Source of the DNA: an uncultured Woeseiaceae bacterium
GTDB taxonomy: Bacteria > Pseudomonadota > Gammaproteobacteria > Steroidobacterales > Woeseiaceae
Direction of reading: 5' to 3'
Length of the DNA stretch: 41,695 nucleotides
Assembly (NCBI GenBank): GCA_964452235.1
Contig: CAYVLL010000001.1
Span: forward strand, 1 to 41,695
The notes below the pieces were generated by a model. The model did not search any database and was not told the origin of the DNA. It was given only the letters and a program-made list of their open reading frames with translations. Of this stretch, positions 10,082-19,400 are shown piece after piece; positions within the stretch are counted from its first letter, which is position 1, and each line of letters starts with the position of its first letter. A program made the translations under genes and the position numbers.

Positions 10082-10870
10082 ATGCTGACCTATCCGGAAA
10101 TCGATCCGGTCATTTTCTCAATCGGCTTCGTCAAGGTCCGCTGGTACGGTCTGATGTATGTCATCGGATTTGTGCTCGCCTGGTGGCTGGCACGCATCCG
10201 TGCGAAGCAGCCGGATTCAACACTCAAGCCTCAGCAGGTCGACGACCTGATCTTCTACGGCATGCTCGGCGTCATTCTCGGCGGCAGGCTCGGCTATTCG
10301 CTGTTCTACGGCTGGGACGAACTCACCAGCGACCCACTGTATATTTTCAGGATCACGCAGGGTGGCATGTCCTTTCACGGTGGCGTGATTGGCGTTGCTA
10401 TCGCGTTGTGGCTATACGGCCGCAAGATCGGCAAGCCGCTTTTTGCCATGACGGACTTCGCGTCGCCGCTGGTTCCGCTCGGCCTCGGATTCGGTCGCAT
10501 CGGTAATTTCATCAACGGCGAATTGTGGGGCAAGCCTACTGACGTGGCCTGGGGCTTCAATGTGAACGGCATCGGGCGCCATCCGTCGCAACTCTACGAG
10601 GCGCTTCTGGAAGGGCTGGTTTTGTTTGTCATCTTGTGGATTTTTTCGGCGCGGCGTCGTCCGCAAATGGCGGTTACCGGCATGTTCCTGCTGATGTACG
10701 GTATCTTTCGCAGCTTCGTCGAATTCTTCCGCGAACCGGATGCCGACATCGGCTACCTGGCGATGGACTGGCTGACGATGGGCCAGCTGCTGAGTCTGCC
10801 GATGATCGTTGCCGGTGCCACAATGCTGATCCTTGCCTGGCGGCGTGGTCACGAAACAGTGAAGGCCTGA
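10082..10870 (+). CDS. lgt: Prolipoprotein diacylglyceryl transferase
   Basis: Motifs [11 protein letters not shown] and [14 protein letters not shown] in a multi-pass hydrophobic 262-aa protein. Confidence 0.95.
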   Translation: MLTYPEIDPVIFSIGFVKVRWYGLMYVIGFVLAWWLARIRAKQPDSTLKPQQVDDLIFYGMLGVILGGRLGYSLFYGWDELTSDPLYIFRITQGGMSFHGGVIGVAIALWLYGRKIGKPLFAMTDFASPLVPLGLGFGRIGNFINGELWGKPTDVAWGFNVNGIGRHPSQLYEALLEGLVLFVILWIFSARRRPQMAVTGMFLLMYGIFRSFVEFFREPDADIGYLAMDWLTMGQLLSLPMIVAGATMLILAWRRGHETVKA

Positions 10871-10871
10871 G

Positions 10872-11666
10872 ATGCAACCCTACCTGGCAATGATGCGACA
10901 TGTCCGCGAGCATGGTGTCCGCAAGGAGGATCGCACCGGCACCGGCACGCTCAGCGTCTTCGGATACCAGATGCGCTTCGAACTTTCCCGCGGTTTCCCG
11001 CTCGTTACGACGAAGAAGCTTCACCTGCGCTCCATCATTCACGAACTGTTGTGGTTTCTGAGTGGCGAGTCCAACGTTCGCGCACTCCGCGACAACGGCG
11101 TTTCGATCTGGGACGAGTGGGCCGACGACAACGGCGATCTCGGCCCGGTCTATGGCGTGCAATGGCGCAGCTGGCCGGCAGCGGACGGCAGTACCATCGA
11201 CCAGATCAGCGATCTCATGCGACGCTTGCGCGAGGAGCCCGACTCCCGTCGCTTGCTCATCAGCGCATGGAATGTTGCGGCACTGCCGGACATGGCGCTG
11301 CCGCCATGTCATTGCCTGTTCCAGTTCTATGTCGCGGAAGGCCGGCTATCCTGCCAGTTGTACCAGCGCAGTGCCGATATCTTTATCGGCGTACCGTTCA
11401 ATATAGCCTCGTACGCGCTCCTGACGCACATGGTGGCGCAGCAGGCCGGCCTGGGCGTCGGCGACTTCATCTGGACCGGCGGCGATTGTCATCTCTACCT
11501 GAACCATCTCGAACCAGCAGACCTGCAGCTGGCCCGTACACCCCTGCCATTGCCCCGTCTGGCAATCAAGCGTCGCCCGGACTCGATTTTCAGCTATCGC
11601 TTCGAGGATTTCGAAATCCTCAACTACGAATCGCATCCGCACATCAAGGCGGCGGTCGCCGTCTGA
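10872..11666 (+). CDS. thyA: Thymidylate synthase
   Basis: Motifs [11 protein letters not shown], catalytic [12 protein letters not shown] and [16 protein letters not shown]. 264 aa, starting 1 nt after the lgt stop. Confidence 0.97.
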   Translation: MQPYLAMMRHVREHGVRKEDRTGTGTLSVFGYQMRFELSRGFPLVTTKKLHLRSIIHELLWFLSGESNVRALRDNGVSIWDEWADDNGDLGPVYGVQWRSWPAADGSTIDQISDLMRRLREEPDSRRLLISAWNVAALPDMALPPCHCLFQFYVAEGRLSCQLYQRSADIFIGVPFNIASYALLTHMVAQQAGLGVGDFIWTGGDCHLYLNHLEPADLQLARTPLPLPRLAIKRRPDSIFSYRFEDFEILNYESHPHIKAAVAV

Positions 11667-11670
11667 TCGC

Positions 11671-12165
11671 GTGCTGTTAACCATCGTTGTCGCCGCCTCG
11701 ACAAATAACGTCATTGGCCTCCATGGCGAGCTGCCCTGGCACCTCCCGGAAGACCTGCGTCGCTTTCGCCAACTCACCCTGGGTAAAGCCGTGGTCATGG
11801 GCCGCCTGACCTTTGATGCCATCGGCCGGCCCCTCCCGGGACGCCGCAATATCATCATCAGCAGCGACCTGAACCTGCGCATCGACGGCTGTGAGGTCGT
11901 GCCGAGTCCGCAGGCTGCCTTGCAACTTGTCGAGGGCGACGAGGAGGTCATGATCATCGGCGGCGGTCGCATCTACCGGCAGTTACTTCCACTGGTTGGC
12001 CGCATCCATCTCACTCGCGTGCACGCCACCGTGGATGGCGACGTGTTTTTCCCCGAGCTGGACGCCAGCGAGTGGCAAGTTGTTGCGAGCGAAGAATTCC
12101 CCGCGAGCGATTCGCGCCCGATCGGATTCACCATCAGCACCCTCGAGCGCGCCAGGCCCAAGTGA
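11671..12165 (+). CDS. folA: Dihydrofolate reductase
   Basis: GTG start at 11671. Motifs IGLHGELPWHLPEDLRRF and GRLTFDAIGRPLPGRRNIIIS. 164 aa. Confidence 0.93.
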   Translation: MLLTIVVAASTNNVIGLHGELPWHLPEDLRRFRQLTLGKAVVMGRLTFDAIGRPLPGRRNIIISSDLNLRIDGCEVVPSPQAALQLVEGDEEVMIIGGGRIYRQLLPLVGRIHLTRVHATVDGDVFFPELDASEWQVVASEEFPASDSRPIGFTISTLERARPK

Positions 12166-12178
12166 CTCCGGCACGGCG

Positions 12179-12403
12179 GGGTGGCTCGAATCGGTCTCGA
12201 CCGCCGGGGAACCCTTTGACGCAATGGCTCCCTGCGGTCCGCTTTATTTGCGCCAAAGGGTTCCCCACCGGTCGAGACCTTGCATCGTGGTGCGGCGGCG
12301 GCTCGCAAGCGCCAGCCTTGATGGCACCTCGCCCTCAAAACGTGCCAGGTGCGGCGACGCTCCCGAACACCAGGCCCTCCCGCAACCGCGGAATCAAAGG
12401 CCT
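12179..12403. repeat. Intergenic structured repeat element, long palindromic copy (copy A)
   Basis: It shares three blocks with 39743-39834. Block 12360-12385 is the perfect 26-nt reverse complement of 39760-39785. Block 12220-12239 matches 39795-39814 directly (19/20). Block 12179-12207 is the reverse complement of 39806-39834 (26/29). Confidence 0.8.
12193..12279. terminator. Long inverted repeat (26-nt arms, 24/26 complementary) between convergent folA and kmo; candidate bidirectional terminator
   Basis: The left arm GGTCTCGACCGCCGGGGAACCCTTTG (12193-12218) pairs with the right arm CAAAGGGTTCCCCACCGGTCGAGACC (12254-12279). There is no clear U-tract, so a terminator role is inferred from position only. 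Confidence 0.4.
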
Positions 12404-12406
12404 CAA

Positions 12407-13777
12407 CTAGGCGAGTGGGCTCAGGACTTCGCGCACCACTGCCGCAGCGGCGTCCAAATCGATGTCCTGCAATGTTCGGTGACCTCGGGTTAACTCGATC
12501 AGCAGGCGTTGCTGTGCTTCGCCGCGTTGCTGTGCGACCGCGTACGGGATTTCGTCATGGAACATCACCATGGAATAGCGGGGGATGAAATGATCGGGGA
12601 GACGACGTTCCAGTTCGAACGACAGCTCTTTCCGCAGGAGAAAGCCGGGGTCGCGCACGGTATCGCGCATCTCGACATAGTTCTCCAGCGCCATGTCCGC
12701 GATGGCGTTGGCATTCTTGTGTTGCTCCTGGTCGAAGCGGGCAAAGGCCTGCGTGGTATCGCCGTCACTGGCGGCGAGAAGTTTATCGAGCAGCATGCAG
12801 TCCTCGAAAGCCAGGTTCATGCCCTGGCCGTGGAAAGGTACGATCGCGTGGGCTGCATCACCTAACAACAACAGCTTGCCGTCAATGTGCCAGGGTCGAC
12901 AACGCACGGTACCGAGTACGCCGACCGGATTGTTCAGGAAGGTCTCTGCGAGGCGGGGGATCAGTGGCACGATGTCGGGAAAGTATCGAGCAAAAAATTC
13001 GTCGATGTGCGCGGTGCTCCGGAGGCTTGCAAAACTGTCCGCGCCGATGGTGGGCAGGAACAGGGTGAGCGTAAAGTCGCCGCCGGGATTCGGCAGAGCG
13101 ATCAGCATGAACTCACCGCGTGGCCAGATGTGCAAAGCTGTCGGGTCGAGCTGGAAGCCGCCGTCTGAGGTTGCCGGTACCGCCAGTTCCTTGTAACCGT
13201 GCGGCAAGAGCGTCTCCGTGGCGTCGACCAGCGAGCTCTCCTGCAATGACCGGCGAATGGCCGAACCGGCGCCATCAGCGGCAACAATTGGCCTGTCGCC
13301 AAGGCTGTAGACCTTTCGATCATCCGCGTCCCGTATTTGCAGCGCGTTGATTGAGCTGTCCCAGGCAAGGGCTTCCTGGCGGAACGTGACGGGCACCGAA
13401 TGCGATTGTTCGGCCTCGTCGATCAGCAGCCGATTGAGTTCGGCACGGGATACGGAGTAAATCTGTTCATCCTGACGTTGCCCGTAGGGCAGAAACTCGG
13501 TTGTGCCGTCTTCCGCGTGCAGCAGGCGGCCGCGCATCGGCAGCAGCAGGGGTTCGACGCGCTCGAACACGCCTGCGCCGCGCAGGGCCCGAATTCCGCG
13601 AGCGGACAACGCAAGATTGATGGAACGGCCGGCCGCCGTGGCTGTGCGTCGCGGATCAGGGCGCCGCTCGAAGATGCGGACATCGAGACCGCGACGCGCC
13701 AGCAGAATGGCCAGCAGGCTGCCGCACAGTCCGGCGCCCGCAATATCGATGGATTTTCGGGGGGCGGGCTGGTTCAC
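12407..13777 (-). CDS. kmo: Kynurenine 3-monooxygenase (FAD-dependent)
   Basis: GTG start. FAD-binding motif IAGAGLCGSLLA and KMO-type motif GDAAHAIVPFHGQGMN. 456 aa. Confidence 0.9.
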   Translation of the reverse strand: MNQPAPRKSIDIAGAGLCGSLLAILLARRGLDVRIFERRPDPRRTATAAGRSINLALSARGIRALRGAGVFERVEPLLLPMRGRLLHAEDGTTEFLPYGQRQDEQIYSVSRAELNRLLIDEAEQSHSVPVTFRQEALAWDSSINALQIRDADDRKVYSLGDRPIVAADGAGSAIRRSLQESSLVDATETLLPHGYKELAVPATSDGGFQLDPTALHIWPRGEFMLIALPNPGGDFTLTLFLPTIGADSFASLRSTAHIDEFFARYFPDIVPLIPRLAETFLNNPVGVLGTVRCRPWHIDGKLLLLGDAAHAIVPFHGQGMNLAFEDCMLLDKLLAASDGDTTQAFARFDQEQHKNANAIADMALENYVEMRDTVRDPGFLLRKELSFELERRLPDHFIPRYSMVMFHDEIPYAVAQQRGEAQQRLLIELTRGHRTLQDIDLDAAAAVVREVLSPLA

Positions 13778-13792
13778 GGACGACTTACCGGA

Positions 13793-15109
13793 TCAAACGA
13801 CTGGCGTCGCTGGCGCAGCGTCGCTGGCAAGCGCTGACCGCAAGCGTTCCACAAACTCGAACACGTCGAGGAAACTGTTGTAAAGCGGCACCGGCGCGAC
13901 GCGTATGACATCCGGTTCCCGCCAGTCCGCAACGACCTGTTGCGCTTCGAGCCGCGCAAAAACTGCACGGGGGTCGACGCCTCGCGCAGTCACCATAAGC
14001 GAAAGTTGGGCGCCACGCGCATTCGGCGGCGTGATCGAACGGACCTGGCCCGCCAGATGCCGGTCGAGGAGGTACGCGAGATAGCCTGTCAGCCTGAGCG
14101 ACTTGTCCCGGAGTTTCGCCATGGTGGCGAGATCAAACAGTTCCAGGGAGGCGAGGACGGGCGCGAGAGAAAGAATCGGCGGGTTGCTCAATTGCCAGGA
14201 TTCGACGCCAGGCGCGGCGCGGAATGCCGGCCGCATGTTGAAGCGCGACGCTTCGTCGTGTCCCCACCAGCCGAGCAAATGTGCTTTGCTGTCGCCTTGC
14301 AGATGGCGATCGTGGACGAACACGCCGGCGACGGCCCCGGGTCCGCCGTTCAGGTACTTGTAGCTGCACCAGGCTGCGAAGTCCGGGGCCCAGTCGTGCA
14401 GTGACAGCGGCACATTGCCGATGGCGTGTGCGAGGTCGAAGCCGATGGCCGCGCCGGCTTGCCGCGCGATGCGACAAAGCTCCGGCATATCGAGCAATTG
14501 CCCGTTGTAGTACTGCACGCCGGGCAGCAACATGAGCGCAATACTGTCTCCGTTGGCCGCCACTGTTGATTCGAGGTCTTCGAGGCGCAGGTCGGTTTCT
14601 CCGTCGCGCGGTGCCCATTCAATCAGTGCGTCGTCCGGGTCGAAGCCGCGCATGCGGATCTGCGACACGGCGGCGAAGCGATCCGACGGGAAAGCCGTCG
14701 ACTCGATCAAGATGCGGTAACGCGAGGCGTCGGGCTGATAGAAACAGGCCATCAGGAGGTGCAGATTGACGGTGAGCGAGTTCATGGCCACCACTTCCCG
14801 GGGCAGCGCACCGGCCAGCCGCGCCAGCCCGGGTGTGGCAAGCCGGTGATAGGGTAACCAGGGACGGAGAGCGTGGTGGTGCCCCTCGACCGCCAGGCGT
14901 CCCCAGTCGTCGAGTTCTTGCAGCACGTAGCGCACGGCGCGCCTGGGCTGCAATCCCAGCGAATTGCCGCAGAAATAGATCGTTGGCAGGCTGCCCGCAA
15001 CGGCATGCGGGAAGTTGAACTCATCCCGCAGTGCGGCCAGATCGTCTGCAAGATCCATTGCTTCGGCATAGTCTCGCGTGGCAGCGTAATTTCCTTGCAC
15101 GCCCGTCAC
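13793..15109 (-). CDS. kynU: Kynureninase (PLP-dependent)
   Basis: GTG 15109 overlaps the ACMSD stop (GTGA). The PLP-lysine region is [16 protein letters not shown], and the N-terminus [11 protein letters not shown] is typical of kynureninases. Confidence 0.9.
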   Translation of the reverse strand: MTGVQGNYAATRDYAEAMDLADDLAALRDEFNFPHAVAGSLPTIYFCGNSLGLQPRRAVRYVLQELDDWGRLAVEGHHHALRPWLPYHRLATPGLARLAGALPREVVAMNSLTVNLHLLMACFYQPDASRYRILIESTAFPSDRFAAVSQIRMRGFDPDDALIEWAPRDGETDLRLEDLESTVAANGDSIALMLLPGVQYYNGQLLDMPELCRIARQAGAAIGFDLAHAIGNVPLSLHDWAPDFAAWCSYKYLNGGPGAVAGVFVHDRHLQGDSKAHLLGWWGHDEASRFNMRPAFRAAPGVESWQLSNPPILSLAPVLASLELFDLATMAKLRDKSLRLTGYLAYLLDRHLAGQVRSITPPNARGAQLSLMVTARGVDPRAVFARLEAQQVVADWREPDVIRVAPVPLYNSFLDVFEFVERLRSALASDAAPATPVV

Positions 15110-16119
15110 TCGAAGTCGCTGCGCTTGCGCTCAAGCCATTCGAGCGCCGTCCCTGCGAGCAATCGATCACTGACAGCCGGCTCGAGCTGCATCGATTCAA
15201 TCATCTCGCCAGGGGCGTGTTCGCCAAGCGGAAACGGATAGTCGCTGCCGAGCGCGATGCTTTTCGCCCCGAGCAGCTCAATCATGTAACCGAGCATGCG
15301 CGGCTCATGGACGAGCGAGTCCACGTAAAAGCGGCCAAGATAGTCGCGCGGGTTGTGAGCATTGCTGGTTGCCACAATGTCCGGGCGCACGTTGAAGCCA
15401 TGTTCGAGACGCCCGATGAGGCCCGGAAAAGAACCACCACCGTGGGCGAAGGCGACGCGCAATTTCGGCAGCTTCTCGAAGACACCGCCGAAGATGAACG
15501 AACAGATTGAAAGCGCTGTTTCGGTCGGCATGCCGACCAGCCAAGGCAGCCAGTAAAGACCCATCCGCTCCTTGCCCAGCATTTGCCAGGGATGCACGAA
15601 CAGGGCCAGACCGGACTCGGCTATCGCCTCCAGGACCGGGAATATCCGCTCGTCGTCCAGGTTCCAGCCGTTCACGTGTGTGCCGATCTGTACGCCGTCG
15701 AGCCCGAGGCTGCCGCAACAGCGTTCCAGTTCCCGGATGGACAGATCCGCATCCTGCATGGGCAGCGTTCCAAGACCGACGAAGCGCTTCGGGTAATCGT
15801 TGACGAGACCCGCGATATGATCGTTCAGGAGCCGCGCCAGATCGGCCGTGTGTTCCGCTTTTGCCCAGTAGCTGAACATGACAGGGACGGTCGACAGAAC
15901 CTGCACGTCGACGGCAACGTCATCGCAATCAGCCAGCCGCCGCTGCGCGTCCCAGCAGTTGGACTGCACCTCGCGGAATTCCTTGTCGTCGATGAACATC
16001 CGTGCGCAGCCCGGACCCGAATGTTCGAGGCGGACGAAGCCGCCGTAACCGTAGCGTTCGCGAAGATCGGGCCAGTTCTCCGGCAGTACGTGCGTGTGTA
16101 TGTCGATCTTCAGCGACAC
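15106..16119 (-). CDS. 2-amino-3-carboxymuconate-6-semialdehyde decarboxylase (amidohydrolase_2 family)
   Basis: GTG start. Metal motif IDIHTHVLP and [10 protein letters not shown]. 337 aa, flanked by kynureninase and 3-hydroxyanthranilate dioxygenase genes. Confidence 0.85.
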   Translation of the reverse strand: MSLKIDIHTHVLPENWPDLRERYGYGGFVRLEHSGPGCARMFIDDKEFREVQSNCWDAQRRLADCDDVAVDVQVLSTVPVMFSYWAKAEHTADLARLLNDHIAGLVNDYPKRFVGLGTLPMQDADLSIRELERCCGSLGLDGVQIGTHVNGWNLDDERIFPVLEAIAESGLALFVHPWQMLGKERMGLYWLPWLVGMPTETALSICSFIFGGVFEKLPKLRVAFAHGGGSFPGLIGRLEHGFNVRPDIVATSNAHNPRDYLGRFYVDSLVHEPRMLGYMIELLGAKSIALGSDYPFPLGEHAPGEMIESMQLEPAVSDRLLAGTALEWLERKRSDFE

Positions 16120-16135
16120 GTTATGCGGCCTGCCA

Positions 16136-16687
16136 TCAGCCGGGCGCCGGCATCATCGTGCCGCAGCGGTCGCAGCGGCGGTTGTCCGGCGACGCGTAAA
16201 AGCGCTCGAACAACGGCGGCAGCTGGCCGACGATGTCATTCACGTACAGGTACTCCTCGTACAGTTTGTGGTCGCAGTTGTCGCAGAACCACATGAACCC
16301 GTCGAGCTCCTGCGGGAGCCGCTTGCGCTCGATGACCAGACCGATCGTGTTGGCAAAGCGCTGCGGTGAATGGGGAACGCGTGGCGGCAACAGCAGTATG
16401 TCGCCTTCGCGGATCGGAATATCGACCCGCTGGCCGTCCTGTATCGTCTTCAGCAGCATGTCGCCTTGCAGCTGGTAGAAGAATTCGGGCCCCTCGTCGT
16501 AATGGTAGTCCTTGCGCGAATTGGGCCCGCCCACCACCATGACGATGAAGTCGTCCTCCTCGAAAACCTGCTGGTTGCATACCGGCGGTTGCAGCAGATG
16601 ACGATGTTCGTCAATCCATCGGTGAAAGTTAAACGCAGTCAGGGATTTGATCTCGATCCTCCAGGCGTCACTTTGTGCATTCGGCAA
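16136..16687 (-). CDS. 3-hydroxyanthranilate 3,4-dioxygenase
   Basis: Cupin core [10 protein letters not shown]...[25 protein letters not shown]...[12 protein letters not shown]. The C-terminal CDNC...CDRC pair forms a rubredoxin-like site, as in bacterial HAO. The TTG 16687 start is uncertain and overlaps the upstream RidA gene end by 20 nt. Confidence 0.88.
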   Translation of the reverse strand: MPNAQSDAWRIEIKSLTAFNFHRWIDEHRHLLQPPVCNQQVFEEDDFIVMVVGGPNSRKDYHYDEGPEFFYQLQGDMLLKTIQDGQRVDIPIREGDILLLPPRVPHSPQRFANTIGLVIERKRLPQELDGFMWFCDNCDHKLYEEYLYVNDIVGQLPPLFERFYASPDNRRCDRCGTMMPAPG

Positions 16688-17108
16688 TGCATTTCAGTTC
16701 AATAGCAATCGGTGTCGGCAGGCGATTGACCTCGACCGTGGTACGGCATGGACCGTCGCTGCCGATGTATTCGGCGTAGATCCGGTTGAATACGGCGAAG
16801 TCGCGCTCGATATCGGTGAGAAAAACCGTTACGTCGAGCAAATCGCCCAGGTCGGCGCCGACTGCCCCGAGTATGGCAGCGACATTGCGGAAAACCGCAT
16901 GACACTGCGATTCCATATCGTAACTGACGACGTTGCCGGCTGCATCGAGTACGACACCGTGGATGGCTGAGCCGTCGGCCGGGCGCGGTCCGATTCCCGA
17001 CAAAAACAATAGATTACCCGAGCGGCGCGCGTGCGGATACGCGCCGATTGGCGCGGCTGCGCCGGCCGTGTGAATTCCCCTGACAGACGTTTTGTTGCGG
17101 TCGCTCAT
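16668..17108 (-). CDS. RidA/YjgF (RutC)-family protein, possible 2-aminomuconate/enamine deaminase
   Basis: Motifs APIGAYPHARRSGNLLFLSGIGP and RTTVEVNRLP. I prefer ATG 17108 (MSDRNKTSVRG) because the ORF-track start at 17162 would overlap apaH. Confidence 0.8.
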   Translation of the reverse strand: MSDRNKTSVRGIHTAGAAAPIGAYPHARRSGNLLFLSGIGPRPADGSAIHGVVLDAAGNVVSYDMESQCHAVFRNVAAILGAVGADLGDLLDVTVFLTDIERDFAVFNRIYAEYIGSDGPCRTTVEVNRLPTPIAIELKCIAECTK

Positions 17109-17146
17109 TTCCCTGGCATCTCTGTCGGCAATTTTACTGGCAATAC

Positions 17147-17965
17147 TCAGGGGCAGCGGCAATCAACTTGCACGATTGTCGAGGGACCGCTGAGCTGTAC
17201 TGCGGTCAGGTCACGCTTCCACACGCAGCCGGTATCGACGCATATCAAGCCTGGCGTCACGACGAGCCCGAGCGCGGACCAGTGCCCGAACACGATTCGC
17301 GCGTCTCGCCAGCGAGCCTCCGGCGCCTCGAACCAAGGCACAAGCCCTTCGCGCGCATTGGCGGGTGGTCCCTTGTGTGCGAAATCGAGGCGGCCTTTGC
17401 CATCCACCATGCGTATTCGCGTCAGGGCATTGACGATGAACCGCAATCGCTTGAAGCCCTCGAGCTTGCCGGACCAGTGCGTCGGTTTGTCACCGTATAG
17501 CTTCGGCAACAGTGCAAGATAGTCATTGCTGCGCAGCACGGCTTCCACTTCTGCAGCCCGTGCCAGCGTCTTGGCGATTGTCCATTTTGGCGGTAATCCG
17601 GCGTGCACCAGCAGCGTATTCAGCGTCTCGTCGAAATGTGCGAGGGGCAGCATTCGCAACCAGTCAATGAGTTCGTCACAGTCATCGGCATCGAGCACCT
17701 TCGACAAGGTGCGGCCGGGGTCCCCGGCATCGTCAATGCCGTTTGCAAGCGCGAGAAGATGCAGGTCGTGATTGCCAAGCACGGTGACGACGGCGTCGCC
17801 CAGCCCGCGTACGAAACGCAGGGTCTTCAGGGATTTCGGACCGCGATTGACCAGATCGCCGGTCAGCCACACTCGATCCTTGTCCGGGTCGAAGTCTATT
17901 TTGTCGAGCAGGCGGCGGAACGAGTCGTAGCAACCCTGGATGTCGCCAATCGCGTAAATCGACAT
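17147..17965 (-). CDS. apaH: Bis(5'-nucleosyl)-tetraphosphatase, symmetrical
   Basis: Metallophosphatase motifs YAIGDIQGCYD, TGDLVNRGP and LGNHD. 272 aa. Confidence 0.95.
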   Translation of the reverse strand: MSIYAIGDIQGCYDSFRRLLDKIDFDPDKDRVWLTGDLVNRGPKSLKTLRFVRGLGDAVVTVLGNHDLHLLALANGIDDAGDPGRTLSKVLDADDCDELIDWLRMLPLAHFDETLNTLLVHAGLPPKWTIAKTLARAAEVEAVLRSNDYLALLPKLYGDKPTHWSGKLEGFKRLRFIVNALTRIRMVDGKGRLDFAHKGPPANAREGLVPWFEAPEARWRDARIVFGHWSALGLVVTPGLICVDTGCVWKRDLTAVQLSGPSTIVQVDCRCP

Positions 17966-18108
17966 TGTCAGAGCCGGGCCGTTACCAACCCGGCACAGCC
18001 GACCGTGTATACCGTAGCGCGAGACAGCGCTTTCTGGCTCGCAGGTCGAGCACGCAAGTAATTGACCTGTGGAGAGCGAATCCGGACAAGTGCCGGATTC
18101 GCGACGTT

Positions 18109-18142
18109 GAAAAAGGTCAGGATGGCCTTTTTCAGCATCCTG
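18109..18142 (-). terminator. Weak intrinsic-terminator-like hairpin immediately after the apaG stop
   Basis: On the minus strand the sequence reads TAG-CAGGATG-CTGAAAAAGGC-CATCCTG-ACCTTTTTC. This is a 7-bp stem (18118-18124 with 18136-18142) followed by a short T-run. Confidence 0.3.
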
Positions 18143-18523
18143 CTAGTGCAATACGCCAGGCACGGCAAGCGTAAACGGCGGAATGGGTGCTTCGAAGCGG
18201 ATGCCGTTATCAGTTGCCATGCGGTAACTGCCTTGCATCGCGCCCACCGGCGTTTCCAGGATGGCGCCACTCGAATAACGAAATTTCTCGCCCGGGTTGA
18301 GGTGCGGCTGCTCACCCACTACGCCATCGCCGCTGACTTCCTGCACCTTGCCATTGGCATCAGTGATGATCCAGTGTCGGCTCAAAAGCTTTGCCGGAAC
18401 GTCACCAAGGTTCGAAATCGTTATCGTATAGGCGAAAACATAGCGTCCGATCTCAGGCTCGGACTGGTCGACGACATAATCCGTCGCTACTTCAATTCTG
18501 ATATCACAATTGTTTCTGTTCAT
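18143..18523 (-). CDS. apaG: ApaG (DUF525) protein
   Basis: ATG 18523 (MNRNNCDIRIEVATDYV...) gives 126 aa, typical of ApaG. Motifs are FAYTITISNLG and HWIITDANGKVQEVSGDGVVGEQP. The ORF-track start at 18718 is an upstream extension. Confidence 0.92.
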   Translation of the reverse strand: MNRNNCDIRIEVATDYVVDQSEPEIGRYVFAYTITISNLGDVPAKLLSRHWIITDANGKVQEVSGDGVVGEQPHLNPGEKFRYSSGAILETPVGAMQGSYRMATDNGIRFEAPIPPFTLAVPGVLH

Positions 18524-18608
18524 CCGCGACTTTGGGAAGGGTGATTGAATCGTCCGGACCTGTATTCTAGCGTGAATTGCTCCCGGTATGGCAGCCGGAT
18601 GCGGGGCG

Positions 18609-19400
18609 CTAGGGCGATGGCCTACCGTGCCGCAGACGATTCGCGAGCGCGACCCACGCAGCCACTGGAATTTCTTCTGCGCGCGCGCCTGGATCGATCG
18701 ACATCGCCAGCAGGTCATCGCGGCTCGCCAGCTCCTTCAGGGCATTACGCAAAGTCTTGCGTCGCTGGTTGAAAGCCTGTGTGACCAAACGCTGCAGGAA
18801 AGCCTGGTCTTCAATGGCAAAGGTGTCTGTCGTACGCGGCCACAGGCGGACGACGGTAGAGGTAACGCGTGGTGGCGGCGTAAAAGCTGTCGCCGGGACA
18901 TCGAACAGAGGCTCTGTGTGCAGGTGGCAGCCCGCCATAATGGTCAGCCGTCCATACGCCTTGGTGCCCGGCGAAGCCGCGAGCCGGTCGACCACTTCTT
19001 TTTGCAGCATCAGGTGCATATCAGCAATGACGCTGCGGAATTCAATCAGCCGGAAAAGCAGCGGTGTCGAAATGTTGTAAGGCAGATTGCCTATGATGCG
19101 CAGCGGCGAACCGACCGAAGAGTAGTCAAAGCGCAGCGCGTCGGCTTCGTGAATGACGACGTTGTCACTGTCCGCGAATTGCGCGCGAAGCCGCGGCACC
19201 AGGTCACGGTCGAACTCGATGGCATGCAACTGAGCACCGCTTGCCGCCAGCGGCTTAGTCAGGACACCGTTGCCGGGTCCGATTTCGAGCAACGTGTCGC
19301 CCGCTCGCGGGGCCAGTGCACTGACGATGTCATTAACGATGCCGCTGCTGTTAAGAAAGTGCTGGCCGAAACGTTTGCGAGCACGAGGAGGGATAATCAT
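18609..19400 (-). CDS. rsmA: 16S rRNA (adenine1518/1519-N6)-dimethyltransferase
   Basis: Motifs KRFGQHFL and SAM-binding LEIGPGNGVLT. Its ATG overlaps the pdxA stop (ATGA). Confidence 0.95.
   Translation of the reverse strand: MIIPPRARKRFGQHFLNSSGIVNDIVSALAPRAGDTLLEIGPGNGVLTKPLAASGAQLHAIEFDRDLVPRLRAQFADSDNVVIHEADALRFDYSSVGSPLRIIGNLPYNISTPLLFRLIEFRSVIADMHLMLQKEVVDRLAASPGTKAYGRLTIMAGCHLHTEPLFDVPATAFTPPPRVTSTVVRLWPRTTDTFAIEDQAFLQRLVTQAFNQRRKTLRNALKELASRDDLLAMSIDPGARAEEIPVAAWVALANRLRHGRPSP

Noticed and set aside
12072-12410. 112-aa ORF spanning the folA end and the repeat element. An antisense ORF at 11973-12338 is similar.
   Set aside because: It runs through a palindromic repeat that recurs non-codingly at 39743-39834. 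Its composition is Arg/Pro-rich, and it has no RBS or homology features.
18524-18718. Upstream extension of apaG to 191 aa.
   Set aside because: ApaG proteins are about 125 aa. ATG 18523 gives the canonical N-terminus, whereas the extension runs into the rsmA 3' end.
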